Positions 47,922 through 57,465 are shown, numbered from the stretch's first letter. The stretch is DNA of 64,000 nt from Nitrospirota bacterium (GCA_963663225.1 OY760142.1:832001-896000), one strand, 5' to 3'. Notes: generated by a model not told the origin, from the sequence alone. A program made the numbers and translations.

Positions 47922-49226
47922 CTATTTTGCCCCTGCCTCGATCAACGCCTGAACCGGTTTCAACCCATAGGGACTCTCCTGTTCTATTGCAGTCAGCACG
48001 GTCCCTCCACCGGTAAAGAAGTAGTAGTTGGCGTTATCCATCACCGACAAGTACAGGCCGGGGCACAGGTCCTTAAACTCCTGCAGCGTGTCGCCCCCTC
48101 CGTACATCTTCATGGCCGCACGATTTCTGTCTATGGTATGGTCCAGAGCCTGCGACCCTTCGGAAAAATGCGGGGTGAACCCCATGACCGCATTAACGAA
48201 AATCGTCCGCGCGCTGTCCAGGGCCGATGCAACCGTACCGTCTTCAAAAGAAGCCGGATCAATGTCGAGAACATAACGATACGCGTTTCCCGGTTTGAAA
48301 TCGTTTATGGATAGTGTTCTATATTTGCCGGCCTGCTTACCTTCCAGAGTATCGGATTCCACGATGCGCGGCAGTTCGACTATTTTTTTCTGCGTCCGAT
48401 CCTTTTCGACCAGAGCTTTTGCAAGCTGAATGTCTTCATCGAGCACGCCCTGAATGCGTACATTATATTTCGCGCAAAGATATGTGTTATAGATGACTCC
48501 GCCCAGAATAAGCCGGTCGACCTTGTCATAGATCGCGGAAAGCGGTCCTATTTTTGTGTCGTACTTGGCGCCCGCGACCACGGCGAGAAAAGGCCGTTCA
48601 GGACTGAGCACCCGGTCCAGATTCAGGAGCTCCTGCTGCATCAGAAAACCGGCATAAGAAGGAAGACATCTGGTGATATTGTATGTTGAGGCGTGCGGCT
48701 GCCACGATCCGAAAGCGTCGTTCACATAAATGTCCGCCAAACCGGCAAGCTGCAAGGCAAAACTGTCGCACGGCGCGCCTTTTGACTCCTCGCCCTGGAA
48801 CCATCTCGTGTTCGGCAGATAGATGGCTCCGTATTTTCTTTCCCGGAGGTCCCGAATGGCCAGGTTGATCGAGGTGTCTATGCCAATGATCCCCTTGTCG
48901 GCGTCGGCAGGGAACTGGGGAATGTGGACTTTTGTGTGAAGCTTCTGCTCAAGGTATTGCGCAATGGGCTCTACCGATTCCTGGGGTCTACAAACAATGG
49001 CCCCGGTTTTTTTGTCCTTGGGCCTTCCGACGTGCGTCATCAGAATCGGCCTTCCGCCCCGTTCGACAATATGAAACAATGTTCCGATGGTCCGGTCTAT
49101 CCGGAAAGGGTCCCGCACCTCGCCTTTCTTCACCACATTGTGATCAAACCGGACAAGGACGATTTTCCCGTTTAAATTTGCGTTCTGAATAAGAGGAACG
49201 CCCTGTTCTGTCAGGGTGTTTTTCAT
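47922..49226 (-). CDS. pgk: phosphoglycerate kinase, divergent type
   Basis: RFDHNV, THVGRP, PNTRW, NDAFG, AGAKYDTKI, GGGDT, TGGG. Confidence 0.85.
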   Translation of the reverse strand: MKNTLTEQGVPLIQNANLNGKIVLVRFDHNVVKKGEVRDPFRIDRTIGTLFHIVERGGRPILMTHVGRPKDKKTGAIVCRPQESVEPIAQYLEQKLHTKVHIPQFPADADKGIIGIDTSINLAIRDLRERKYGAIYLPNTRWFQGEESKGAPCDSFALQLAGLADIYVNDAFGSWQPHASTYNITRCLPSYAGFLMQQELLNLDRVLSPERPFLAVVAGAKYDTKIGPLSAIYDKVDRLILGGVIYNTYLCAKYNVRIQGVLDEDIQLAKALVEKDRTQKKIVELPRIVESDTLEGKQAGKYRTLSINDFKPGNAYRYVLDIDPASFEDGTVASALDSARTIFVNAVMGFTPHFSEGSQALDHTIDRNRAAMKMYGGGDTLQEFKDLCPGLYLSVMDNANYYFFTGGGTVLTAIEQESPYGLKPVQALIEAGAK

Positions 49227-49279
49227 CGTCCACCTCCTTCTTCTTGCCGGGGAGAAGAGATCGCCGGTACGTGTATGAG

Positions 49280-49308
49280 AGTGTATCGTACAAAGAGAAG
49301 CTTGTCAA
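49280..49308 (-). promoter_or_regulatory. sigma70 promoter of pgk
   Basis: TTGACA-N17-TACACT on the minus strand. Confidence 0.75.
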
Positions 49309-49489
49309 ACAAGCAAGTCCATAGCACAAAACAAAATCATGCAGAAAATAACTGTTTTTGCTATACTTACATACCGTAGTAGTTACTGCAACAGATATCA
49401 TCAGCAATTCACTTCTGAGATTGTAGTTTTTCTGCATTTATATATGCTCAAATAATACAAAAATACTACTGAAAGGAGGAGGCACAGTT

Positions 49490-50146
49490 ATGGAAAAAAC
49501 AAGCAGTACACAGATGGTCAGAGTGTGGCGTATGTTTCTGTACACAGCGGTCATAGCTTCATTAATCATGGGGGTGACAACTGCTTCATTCGCGGCAAAA
49601 AAGACATTGGAAGGATCGGCGGCCATTATTGATATCAATACCGCTGACGAAAAAACCCTCGAGTCCCTGCCCGGAATCGGAAAAGCAACGGCTAAAGCCA
49701 TTATTGCAGGGCGTCCTTACAAAAGTGTGGACGAATTGAAGCGCGTAAAAGGAATGTCTGACAAAAAGATACAGGCGCTAAAGGGAAAAATTTCCGCAGG
49801 AGAAGCAGCGGCATCAGCCGCAACAGCTGCCACATCGCAAAAAGTAACAGCCGCGGAGAAAAAGATGACCGATACCTCCGCTGCAGCTTCTCAGAAAGCG
49901 GCCGCCGCCGAGAAATCAGCAACGGACAAAACCTCAAAAGCCGCGAAGAAACTCGCCCCCGGCCAGCGGATCAACATCAACACCGCCACCAAGGAAGAGA
50001 TACAGGCCCTGCCCGGAATCGGACCGGCAAAAGCCCAGGCCATCATTGATGCAAGACCGTACGATAAGCCAGAAGATCTGATGAAGGTCAAAGGCATCAA
50101 GCAAAAAACCTTCGACAAACTAAAGGACTATGTTTCAGTACGATAG
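49490..50146 (+). CDS. ComEA-like exported DNA-binding protein with two helix-hairpin-helix modules
   Basis: Signal peptide; IDINTA..LPGIG..A.AII..RPY occurs twice, joined by an Ala/Lys/Thr-rich linker. Confidence 0.88.
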   Translation: MEKTSSTQMVRVWRMFLYTAVIASLIMGVTTASFAAKKTLEGSAAIIDINTADEKTLESLPGIGKATAKAIIAGRPYKSVDELKRVKGMSDKKIQALKGKISAGEAAASAATAATSQKVTAAEKKMTDTSAAASQKAAAAEKSATDKTSKAAKKLAPGQRININTATKEEIQALPGIGPAKAQAIIDARPYDKPEDLMKVKGIKQKTFDKLKDYVSVR

Positions 50147-50205
50147 CAAGAAACAACTCATGCTTTTATACGGCTTGAGAATCTTCTAAAACAGGGAGGA
50201 CATAC

Positions 50206-50478
50206 ATGAAACGTGTTTTAATCGTTGTAGTGGCATTCTTATTTGTGGCATCAGTTGCTTTCGCGGGCGTCAATTCCTATCAGGTCACCGGACCGGTTCT
50301 TGAACTGACAAAAGACAAGATTGTGGTGCAAAAAGGCAAGGATAAATGGGAAATCGCGCTCGACGCAACTACCAAAGTTCCCGCCGATGTTAAAGTCGGA
50401 TCCAAAGTCACCATTCAGTACCAGATGAAGGCTACAAGCATCGAGGCAAAACCGGAAAAAGGCAAAGCCAAGAAATAA
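50206..50478 (+). CDS. small exported hypothetical protein (OB-fold-like)
   Basis: Signal peptide AFA, YQVTGPVLE...VGSKVTIQY; GGAGGA RBS. Confidence 0.75.
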   Translation: MKRVLIVVVAFLFVASVAFAGVNSYQVTGPVLELTKDKIVVQKGKDKWEIALDATTKVPADVKVGSKVTIQYQMKATSIEAKPEKGKAKK

Positions 50479-50513
50479 AGACCAGAACCATCGACACACC
50501 GAAGGAGGTTATC

Positions 50514-50924
50514 ATGGGATTGCTCGACCAGCTCAAGGGGAAATTAGCAGAGACTCTCGGAGGTGAGGCCAATCTCAATAATCTGCTGGAACACGCCATG
50601 GGCATCATCAATAATCCTTCGACCGGCGGCTTGCCCGGAATCATCGAGGCGTTTAAGAACAAGGGCCTCGGCGATCTCGCCGCATCCTGGATATCCACGG
50701 GTAAAAATCTGCCGGTGTCCGCCGAGCAGATTCTTCAGGTGCTTGGACCGGAGAAAATCGGGCAGATAGCCCAAAAGGCCGGCATGTCCGGAGAGGCGTT
50801 GTCGCAGCAGTTGTCCGTGTACCTGCCTCAGATCATCGATAAACTTACGCCGAACGGCGAAATGCCGAACGCCAGCGTTCTTGAAGATGGTCTCAGCATA
50901 TTGAAAAAAGCATTCATGAAATAG
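50514..50924 (+). CDS. YidB/DUF937 family protein
   Basis: MGLLD, GLGDLAASWISTGKNLPVS, LPQIIDKLTPNG. Confidence 0.9.
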   Translation: MGLLDQLKGKLAETLGGEANLNNLLEHAMGIINNPSTGGLPGIIEAFKNKGLGDLAASWISTGKNLPVSAEQILQVLGPEKIGQIAQKAGMSGEALSQQLSVYLPQIIDKLTPNGEMPNASVLEDGLSILKKAFMK

Positions 50925-50940
50925 TCACGCTTTAAAATGG

Positions 50941-50996
50941 CAAACACATCCTTCGGACTTCATTATTTGAAGCTCCGGGGGATGTGTTTTGTTTTT
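50941..50996 (+). terminator. long stem-loop with T tail between yidB and ompA
   Basis: AAACACATCC-TTCGGA-CTTCA-loop-TGAAG-C-TCCGGG-GGATGTGTTT then TGTTTTT. Confidence 0.6.
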
Positions 50997-51033
50997 CATC
51001 ACTGGCAATGTTTACAGCAAAGGAGAATCTACC

Positions 51034-52167
51034 ATGAAAAAATCTTTGATTACGGTATGCCTGGTTTTTTCCCTGGCAATTTTGTCATCGAACGCTTCGG
51101 CGCAGATCGTACCGGAGAAATTTTCGATAACGCCCGTCATCGGCGGTTATTCCTTCTATCATGAAACATACTTCAGAGACAATCCCGTGGTCGGCCTGAG
51201 AGCAGGCTACGATATTACCGAGCGATGGGGCGTGGAAGGCGCTTTTGACTATGTGCCGACAACCTTGAAAAACGGAGGCGGCAACGTCAACGTTTTCGGT
51301 TACCGCCTTGACGCATTGTTCCATTTCATGCCGCAGAACAGGCTCGTTCCGTATCTTGCCGCGGGCGTGGGCGGAACAACATCCGACAAATCAGCCGGCA
51401 GCAGAAGCAACGAAACAGACTTTCTGGTTAACTACGGCGGCGGTCTGAAATACTTCCTGACGGAGGCACTGGCGCTCAGGGCGGATGTCCGGAATTTATG
51501 GGTGTTCGACGGCGGCAGGAATGATTGGGAATATACCGTCGGGTTGACATACCTGTTCGGCGGGCCGAAAGCCAAGGCAGCACCGGCTGTTGCCGCTGTT
51601 GTTGATTCCGACAATGACGGTGTGCCCGATGATCAGGACAGGTGCCCCGGCACGCCGAGCGGCGTTGCCGTGGACCGGTATGGATGTCCGTTGGACAGCG
51701 ATAGAGATGGCGTGCCTGATTATCTCGATAAATGCCCCGACACTCCGAAAGGGACGGTCGTAGACAAGAACGGCTGCCCGGTTCCGGAAAAGGCCCCGGC
51801 CGCGAAAGCTCCGGAAAAAATCAGCGTGGCTCTGGAAATCGAGTTTGACACCGCGAAGGCGGACATCAAACCCAAGTATCATGACAAAATAAAGAAAGTG
51901 GCCGACTTTATGACCACGTATCCCGAAACAAAAGCGGTCATTGAAGGTCATACGGACAATGTCGGGAGCGATGCGTCCAACCGCACGCTTTCCACGCGGC
52001 GAGCGGAAAGCGTCAAGAAATACTTGATTGAGAAATTCGGAATCGCTCCTGAACGACTGACTGCCAAAGGCTACGGCCCGTCGAAGCCTATAGCGGACAA
52101 TGCGACCGCGGAAGGAAGGCAGAAAAACCGCCGCATCAACGCAGTCATCGAGACAGTAACACGGTAA
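51034..52167 (+). CDS. OmpA/OprF family outer membrane protein (beta-barrel, TSP3-like repeats, peptidoglycan-binding domain)
   Basis: Signal peptide, PYLAAGVGG, DSDNDGVPD..D.CP repeats, IEGHTD, LSTRRA, NRRI. Confidence 0.93.
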   Translation: MKKSLITVCLVFSLAILSSNASAQIVPEKFSITPVIGGYSFYHETYFRDNPVVGLRAGYDITERWGVEGAFDYVPTTLKNGGGNVNVFGYRLDALFHFMPQNRLVPYLAAGVGGTTSDKSAGSRSNETDFLVNYGGGLKYFLTEALALRADVRNLWVFDGGRNDWEYTVGLTYLFGGPKAKAAPAVAAVVDSDNDGVPDDQDRCPGTPSGVAVDRYGCPLDSDRDGVPDYLDKCPDTPKGTVVDKNGCPVPEKAPAAKAPEKISVALEIEFDTAKADIKPKYHDKIKKVADFMTTYPETKAVIEGHTDNVGSDASNRTLSTRRAESVKKYLIEKFGIAPERLTAKGYGPSKPIADNATAEGRQKNRRINAVIETVTR

Positions 52168-52179
52168 CAACATTTTCGT

Positions 52180-52217
52180 AAAAAAGCCGGATGGCGGAAA
52201 GCCACCCGGCTTTTTTT
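52180..52217. terminator. bidirectional intrinsic terminator
   Basis: AAAAAAGCCGGATGGC-GGAAA-GCCACCCGGCTTTTTTT between convergent ompA and nrdJ. Confidence 0.88.
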
Positions 52218-52261
52218 GTTTCGGAGAGGGCCATGAAATTACTATTTTCTTCAGGCGGCTC

Positions 52262-54007
52262 TCAGCAATACAGCGGGTCCGCGCACGTGAGCACCTGACC
52301 GCTCCTGCTGCCGCTCCTGAAAATCGTGATGCCTTTTACTCCTTCCCTGTATGCAAGAAGATACGCCTGCCGCACATCCTCCCGGGTGGCCTTCTGCGGA
52401 AAATTAATGGTCTTTGACACAGCGTTGTCAGTATGGCGCTGGAACGCCGCCTGCATGCGGACATGCCACGCAGGTGCGATGTCAAAAGCAGTCACAAACA
52501 CACGCTGCACGTCTTCCGGCACCCCGGCAATGCTCCGGAGAGGCGCGCCCGCGGCAATGCGCATTAAAAGTTCATTGCTGTAGAATCCTCTCTCTTTCGC
52601 CGTATCAAGAAAGAACCTGTTCACTTCAGGCAGCATGAGATCACCGAGAATATGCCGCTCGAACGACAGGGCAAACAGCGGCTCAATGCCGCTTGAACAA
52701 CCCGCAATGATCGAAAGAGTGCCCGTGGGCGCGACCGTGGTCACGGTGGCGTTCCGAAGCTTCGGCCCTCCTTTGCGGTCATACATGCTCCCCCGGTAAT
52801 TCGGAAATACGCCCCGTTCCAGAGCGAGCTTTTCCGACATCTCCCGTCCTTTTTCCTGTACAAACTTCATTATCATTTCGCCGGTCTGCAGCGCTTCCTC
52901 GGAATCATACGGAATACCGAGCCTGATCAGCACGTCGGCAAAACCCATAACCCCGAGCCCGATTTTACGGTTGCCTTTTGCCATGCGGTCAATCTGGTCC
53001 AGCGGGTACCTGCTCATGTCGATTACATTATCAAGAAAATGGACCGCGGTCCGCACAGACCGGCCGAGTTTGTCCCAGTCTATTTCACCAACGCCGCTTT
53101 TGGTTTTTACCATGAGGCTGAGATTGATTGAGCCCAGATTGCACGGCTCGTACGCGAGCAGCGGCTGCTCACCGCATGGATTCGTGCTCTCCATTTCCCC
53201 GAGCTGCGGCGTGGGGTTGTCGCGGTTTACGCGGTCGAGGAAAATGACGCCCGGATCACCGTTCTGCCAGGCCATATCCACAATTTTATCGAAAACAGCC
53301 CTGGCCTTCAGCTGATTGACTTTTCTCCGGTTCGCCGGATTGATAAGCACCAGGTCTCTGTCCTCTTCCACCAGACGCATAAACTCTTCCGTGATCGCGA
53401 CGGAAATATTAAAATTAGAAAGCTCTTTGTTGTTTGCCTTGGCCGAAATAAATTCCAGAATGTCCGGATGGTCCACGCTCAGGATGCCCATGTTGGCCCC
53501 CCGACGCGCGCCGCCCTGCTTGATCACTTCCGTGGTGGCGTTAAACACCCGCATGAACGAAACCGGCCCGCTTGCGACACCGCCGGTTGTGCGAACGGTA
53601 TCATTTTTCGGCCGCAGGTGGCTGAATGAAAAACCGGTCCCGCCGCCGCTCTGGTGGATGAGGGCTGTATTCTTTACGCTCTCGAAAATAGATTCAAGAG
53701 AATCTTCAATCGGAAGGACGAAGCAGGCCGCGAGCTGCTGAAGAGGACGACCCGCGTTCATCAGGGTCGGTGAATTCGGCAGAAATTCGAGGCAGGACAT
53801 GATGTGGAAAAACTCTTCTTCTGTCGTGTGGACGTCCGCGTGGTCGTGATATATCAAGTCCGCCTGGGCGATGTTGGCCGCCACCCGCCGAAACATCTCC
53901 TCCGGCGTCTCGATCACACTGCCCTGCTCGTCTTTCTTGAGATACCTTCGGGCAAGAACAGTCAGCGCGTTCTGCGGCAATTGTGTATTAGGCGTTTCGA
54001 GTGCCAT
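52262..54007 (-). CDS. nrdJ: adenosylcobalamin-dependent (class II) ribonucleotide reductase
   Basis: FLPNSPTLMNAG, LAACFV, RRGANM, TNPCGEQ, CNLGS, VAPTGT, AVSKTIN, C-terminal Cys pair. Confidence 0.93.
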   Translation of the reverse strand: MALETPNTQLPQNALTVLARRYLKKDEQGSVIETPEEMFRRVAANIAQADLIYHDHADVHTTEEEFFHIMSCLEFLPNSPTLMNAGRPLQQLAACFVLPIEDSLESIFESVKNTALIHQSGGGTGFSFSHLRPKNDTVRTTGGVASGPVSFMRVFNATTEVIKQGGARRGANMGILSVDHPDILEFISAKANNKELSNFNISVAITEEFMRLVEEDRDLVLINPANRRKVNQLKARAVFDKIVDMAWQNGDPGVIFLDRVNRDNPTPQLGEMESTNPCGEQPLLAYEPCNLGSINLSLMVKTKSGVGEIDWDKLGRSVRTAVHFLDNVIDMSRYPLDQIDRMAKGNRKIGLGVMGFADVLIRLGIPYDSEEALQTGEMIMKFVQEKGREMSEKLALERGVFPNYRGSMYDRKGGPKLRNATVTTVAPTGTLSIIAGCSSGIEPLFALSFERHILGDLMLPEVNRFFLDTAKERGFYSNELLMRIAAGAPLRSIAGVPEDVQRVFVTAFDIAPAWHVRMQAAFQRHTDNAVSKTINFPQKATREDVRQAYLLAYREGVKGITIFRSGSRSGQVLTCADPLYC

Positions 54008-54017
54008 GTCCTCTGCT

Positions 54018-54033
54018 CCTGAATATATTGTAG
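54018..54033 (-). promoter_or_regulatory. possible NrdR box
   Basis: CTACAATATATTCAGG just upstream of the nrdJ RBS resembles the acaCwAtATaTwGtg consensus (one core mismatch). Confidence 0.4.
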
Positions 54034-54314
54034 CACTATAATTCGCGAGCGCTAATCCTATAATCGCCTCCAAGCTTAAAATAATATTAAACTGCATTAA
54101 AATGTTATCCTTCGCTCCCCACAATTGCGCTTGTTTCAAAAAAACTATTCCATATTTTAAATATTAGCCGTTTTCTAATGTCTCGTAAATTCAACAAATA
54201 CGACAAAATCTTTCTTAAATTCATTGACCATTATTTCAATTCTATGCTATATTTTTGAAGAGCTAATATCTATTTACATCTCAAACTGCATTGAATCAAT
54301 ATAAGGAGTTACGC

Positions 54315-55820
54315 ATGCCTACTCAGAAATGGCTTCTTCTATTTTGCATCGCAATTTTAGTTATTCAGGTATCTGCATGTACTGGCTCCTCTTCAACAAG
54401 TGGCGTTCTGCAAAACAGTGCTCCTTCCGTTGCTTCCACGGCTCCTTCTACAAGTGAAACATCTGTTACCCTTTCAACGGCCATTACTGTCACCTTCAGC
54501 AAAAACATCGACCCCGCCACGATTAATTCTGCTTCTTTTTCTCTAAAAGAAGCGCGAACATCTGTAATAATAAGTGGGAGTATAATTCTTAATGGCCGTA
54601 CAGCAACATTTACTCCTTTGAATGGCCTTTCAGCCGATACTACCTACATTGTTACCATTACGTCCGGCATCAAAGATTTGGTCGGAAACAACCTATCGAA
54701 TAACTATAGTTGGAGATTCAGTACAGGTCCTTTTAATAATTCTAATTTATTTTCTTCCTTCCTCTTAATTCCAACTGGATCCAAACCCGAGGCAGTTGCC
54801 ATCGGTGATGTAACTGGTGATGGAAAAAATGATGTCGTCATGACAACTTCTTTTTTTTATAACCCTACCACAGATTACAAGCTGATCGTCTTTGCACAAA
54901 ACGCTTTGGGTGGCCTTAATAATGCAGTTACCTATACGACAAGCGGGTCAGGAGGACAATATCCTTCATCAGTTGCTATCGGCGATATCAACAATGACGG
55001 AAAGAACGAGGTCGTTATAGGTAATAATGGGCTCAATATCGAGGTATTCGTGCAGGATGGTTCAGGTGGTCTTATCTCGAGCGCCATTTATACAACGGTT
55101 AATTCTGAGAGAATTAGAATCGTCGACCTGAATAATGATGGACGCCTCGATGTGGTCGGTGTTGGATACAATACCAGTACCGTAGATGTTTTTTATCAAA
55201 ATTCCGGCGGGACCCTAAATCCCCCAGTGATATATAATGTAACCCATGATGGTATTGAAGATCTGAAAGTTGGAGATGTGAACAATGACGGATTGACGGA
55301 TATAATAATAATGAACGGCCGATCATACCCTACACAAATCGCAATAATGACCCAAAGGTCTGGGACCTTTGAGGTGCCTGTTTATTACAATTTCGGCGAC
55401 GTATTCCCAGGTGGCGTGGCGGTCGGAGACGTGACAGGTGATGGTAAACAAGATGTTGTCGTCACTTATGGTGGCAACTTTGGCCGCATTGATGTTTTTG
55501 CTCAGAACAGCATAGGCTCCTTAAATACTGCAATTACTTATTCTTCGTATGATATACCTGAACCTGTCGAAATCGCTGATATTAACGCTGATGGAAAATC
55601 GGACGTTATTGTTCTCCATGCTGGATTTAATGCTATGGGGGTGTATATACAAAATTCAGATGGAACACTAAAGAGTGAAGAACTCTATCCTATAGCGCGT
55701 GCATCGCATTATAACCCTCACGGATTAGCCGTGGGTGATATCAATGGAGATGGATTGCCAGATGTTGTATTTGCATCTAGCGATAATGTTAGCGGTCTGG
55801 TTATTTTATATCACAAGTAA
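54315..55820 (+). CDS. lipoprotein with Ig-like (Big_5) domain and seven FG-GAP/VCBS repeats
   Basis: Lipobox VSAC; TFSKNIDPATI Ig-like motif; seven (G/A/V)Dx(N/T)xDG..(D/E)(V/I)(V/I) repeats; AAGGAG RBS. Confidence 0.88.
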   Translation: MPTQKWLLLFCIAILVIQVSACTGSSSTSGVLQNSAPSVASTAPSTSETSVTLSTAITVTFSKNIDPATINSASFSLKEARTSVIISGSIILNGRTATFTPLNGLSADTTYIVTITSGIKDLVGNNLSNNYSWRFSTGPFNNSNLFSSFLLIPTGSKPEAVAIGDVTGDGKNDVVMTTSFFYNPTTDYKLIVFAQNALGGLNNAVTYTTSGSGGQYPSSVAIGDINNDGKNEVVIGNNGLNIEVFVQDGSGGLISSAIYTTVNSERIRIVDLNNDGRLDVVGVGYNTSTVDVFYQNSGGTLNPPVIYNVTHDGIEDLKVGDVNNDGLTDIIIMNGRSYPTQIAIMTQRSGTFEVPVYYNFGDVFPGGVAVGDVTGDGKQDVVVTYGGNFGRIDVFAQNSIGSLNTAITYSSYDIPEPVEIADINADGKSDVIVLHAGFNAMGVYIQNSDGTLKSEELYPIARASHYNPHGLAVGDINGDGLPDVVFASSDNVSGLVILYHK

Positions 55821-55925
55821 TTTTTATATTACAAGGATAGCATGTCTTTATTCAAGAGTTGTATTTTATAATCACCAAAAATTTTTTTGTGGGCCTGGGA
55901 GAACAAGATGAGTGCAACAAATACA

Positions 55926-55980
55926 CTCTAACCTGTCGCTCCACGCCAATCACTTGTGGCGCGTGAACTCCGCGTTCTTC
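55926..55980 (+). mobile_element. degenerate integron attC-like site
   Basis: CTCTAAC-CTGTC-GCTCCAC-GCCA..TGGC-GC-GTGAAC-TCCGC-GTT shows R''/L''/L'/R' spacing; R' is non-canonical (GTTCTTC). Confidence 0.4.
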
Positions 55981-56055
55981 CCCTTCTTCTCTTGAACAGA
56001 AACCAGATAGTTCAAAGTATACTCCCCACCTCTTACTACTCATGAACTATTAAAT

Positions 56056-56084
56056 AAAAAGCCCCGAATCGCTTCGGGGCTTTT
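56056..56084. terminator. bidirectional intrinsic terminator
   Basis: AAAAAGCCCCGAA-TCGC-TTCGGGGCTTTT. Confidence 0.88.
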
Positions 56085-56124
56085 GAAATTATCGTCCATG
56101 ATTTTTTCAATCAAGGCTCATCCA

Positions 56125-57465
56125 TCACGCTTTCCTAATCAATCGCGCTCCAAAAAAACCGTCCATCTCAGGGGCAATCGGGTATGAATGAAAAAAACCA
56201 TTTTCATTCACCAGCTTGGCCGCTGTTTCAGGCAAATGCGCGGCCGGAGCATCGAGCGAAAAATTCCCTCCACTCCTGGAAAGGAATTGTTCAATGACTG
56301 ACTCGTTCTCTTCCGGCTCAGTCGAGCAGGTCGCGTAGACAAGCGCTCCGCCGGGTTTGAGAAGATCCGCGCAGTTTTTAAGAACCAGTTTTTGCTTTGC
56401 CTGATACTCCTCGAACAGGCCTTCCTTTTTGCACCACCGTCCGTCAGGATGGCGGCGCAGCACTCCGAGGCCTGAACAGGGCGCATCAACCAGAATTTTG
56501 TCGAATGTGCCCTTCCGGTACCGTGACGCATCGCCCAGCATCGGGGTGACGATCCGTGTCCCGAGCCTTCCGCTGTTTTCGAGTATTCTCTGGAGCCGGT
56601 CGCGGCTGTTGTCCAGCGCAATCAGCGTTCCTTCGTTTTGCATGATCTCGGCAAGATGGGTCGCCTTGCCGCCGGGCGCGGCGCAGGCGTCAAGCACGAC
56701 ATCTCCCGGCCGGGGGTCGAGCATCATGCTGATCAACTGCGCTGCCTGGTCCTGCACCATGAACCAGCCTTGCTGAAAAGCCGTGAGCGTATGCAGGCCG
56801 GGCGAGGAAACAAGATCAAGGCCGACAGGCGAATAGCTTGTTTCCGCGACCTCCGCGCCTTCGCTCATGAGCGACGCTTTCAATTCGTCCCGTGTTGCCT
56901 TCAGGAGATTTGTCCGTATGGTAAGAGGCGCGGGCAGGTTGTTTTTCTGAAGGAGCAATTCCGTCTTCCCGGCGCCGAACCGGCTGGTCCATCGTTTGAC
57001 CAGCCATTCCGGATGCGAATACAAGACTGACAACTGTTTTTCTGTATTGCCGGAATCCGGATACGAAATCGTACCGCGTTTGCGGTCCAGATTTCTGAGC
57101 AGACCGTTCACATATCCGTTTTTCTTCCCATATCGTTTGGCAAGCTCCACCGACGTGTTTACTGCAGCGCTTGTCGGCACCCTGTCCAGGAAAAGCATCT
57201 GATAGGCGCCGAGCCGCAGGATATTTCGGGTCAAGGCGTCGGTCCTGTTGACCGGCTGCGCGGAAAACTGGTTCAGAATCCAGTCAAGCCGCTCGCGGTT
57301 CCTGAGCACTCCATACACAAGCTCACAGATGAACGCGCTGTCCCTGCCATCAAAGGTTTGGCGCGTCCTGTCGAGCAGGACGTCGGCAAACACTCCGGCT
57401 TCGCTGTTCTCTAGTATTTCGAGCGCTTTTTCTCTGGGTTTATCGATGGGTGGCACGGGGTTCAC
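56125..57465 (-). CDS. rsmB: 16S rRNA m5C967 methyltransferase (start uncertain)
   Basis: NusB-like N-terminus, YSHPEW, VQD, DACAAPGGK, DAPCSGLG, YATCS, DGFF. Confidence 0.94.
   Translation of the reverse strand: MNPVPPIDKPREKALEILENSEAGVFADVLLDRTRQTFDGRDSAFICELVYGVLRNRERLDWILNQFSAQPVNRTDALTRNILRLGAYQMLFLDRVPTSAAVNTSVELAKRYGKKNGYVNGLLRNLDRKRGTISYPDSGNTEKQLSVLYSHPEWLVKRWTSRFGAGKTELLLQKNNLPAPLTIRTNLLKATRDELKASLMSEGAEVAETSYSPVGLDLVSSPGLHTLTAFQQGWFMVQDQAAQLISMMLDPRPGDVVLDACAAPGGKATHLAEIMQNEGTLIALDNSRDRLQRILENSGRLGTRIVTPMLGDASRYRKGTFDKILVDAPCSGLGVLRRHPDGRWCKKEGLFEEYQAKQKLVLKNCADLLKPGGALVYATCSTEPEENESVIEQFLSRSGGNFSLDAPAAHLPETAAKLVNENGFFHSYPIAPEMDGFFGARLIRKA

Larger units (their letters stand above)
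54060..56110. other. AT-rich islet between nrdJ and rsmB
   Basis: Visibly lower GC and A/T-ending codons compared with both flanks. Confidence 0.7.

Noticed and set aside
50935-50996. c-di-GMP-I riboswitch suggested by GGCAAAC
   Set aside because: No GNRA loop/receptor or second hairpin; it is a simple long stem-loop
55852-56043. 63-aa minus-strand ORF
   Set aside because: No RBS or recognisable motif; it overlaps the attC-like element
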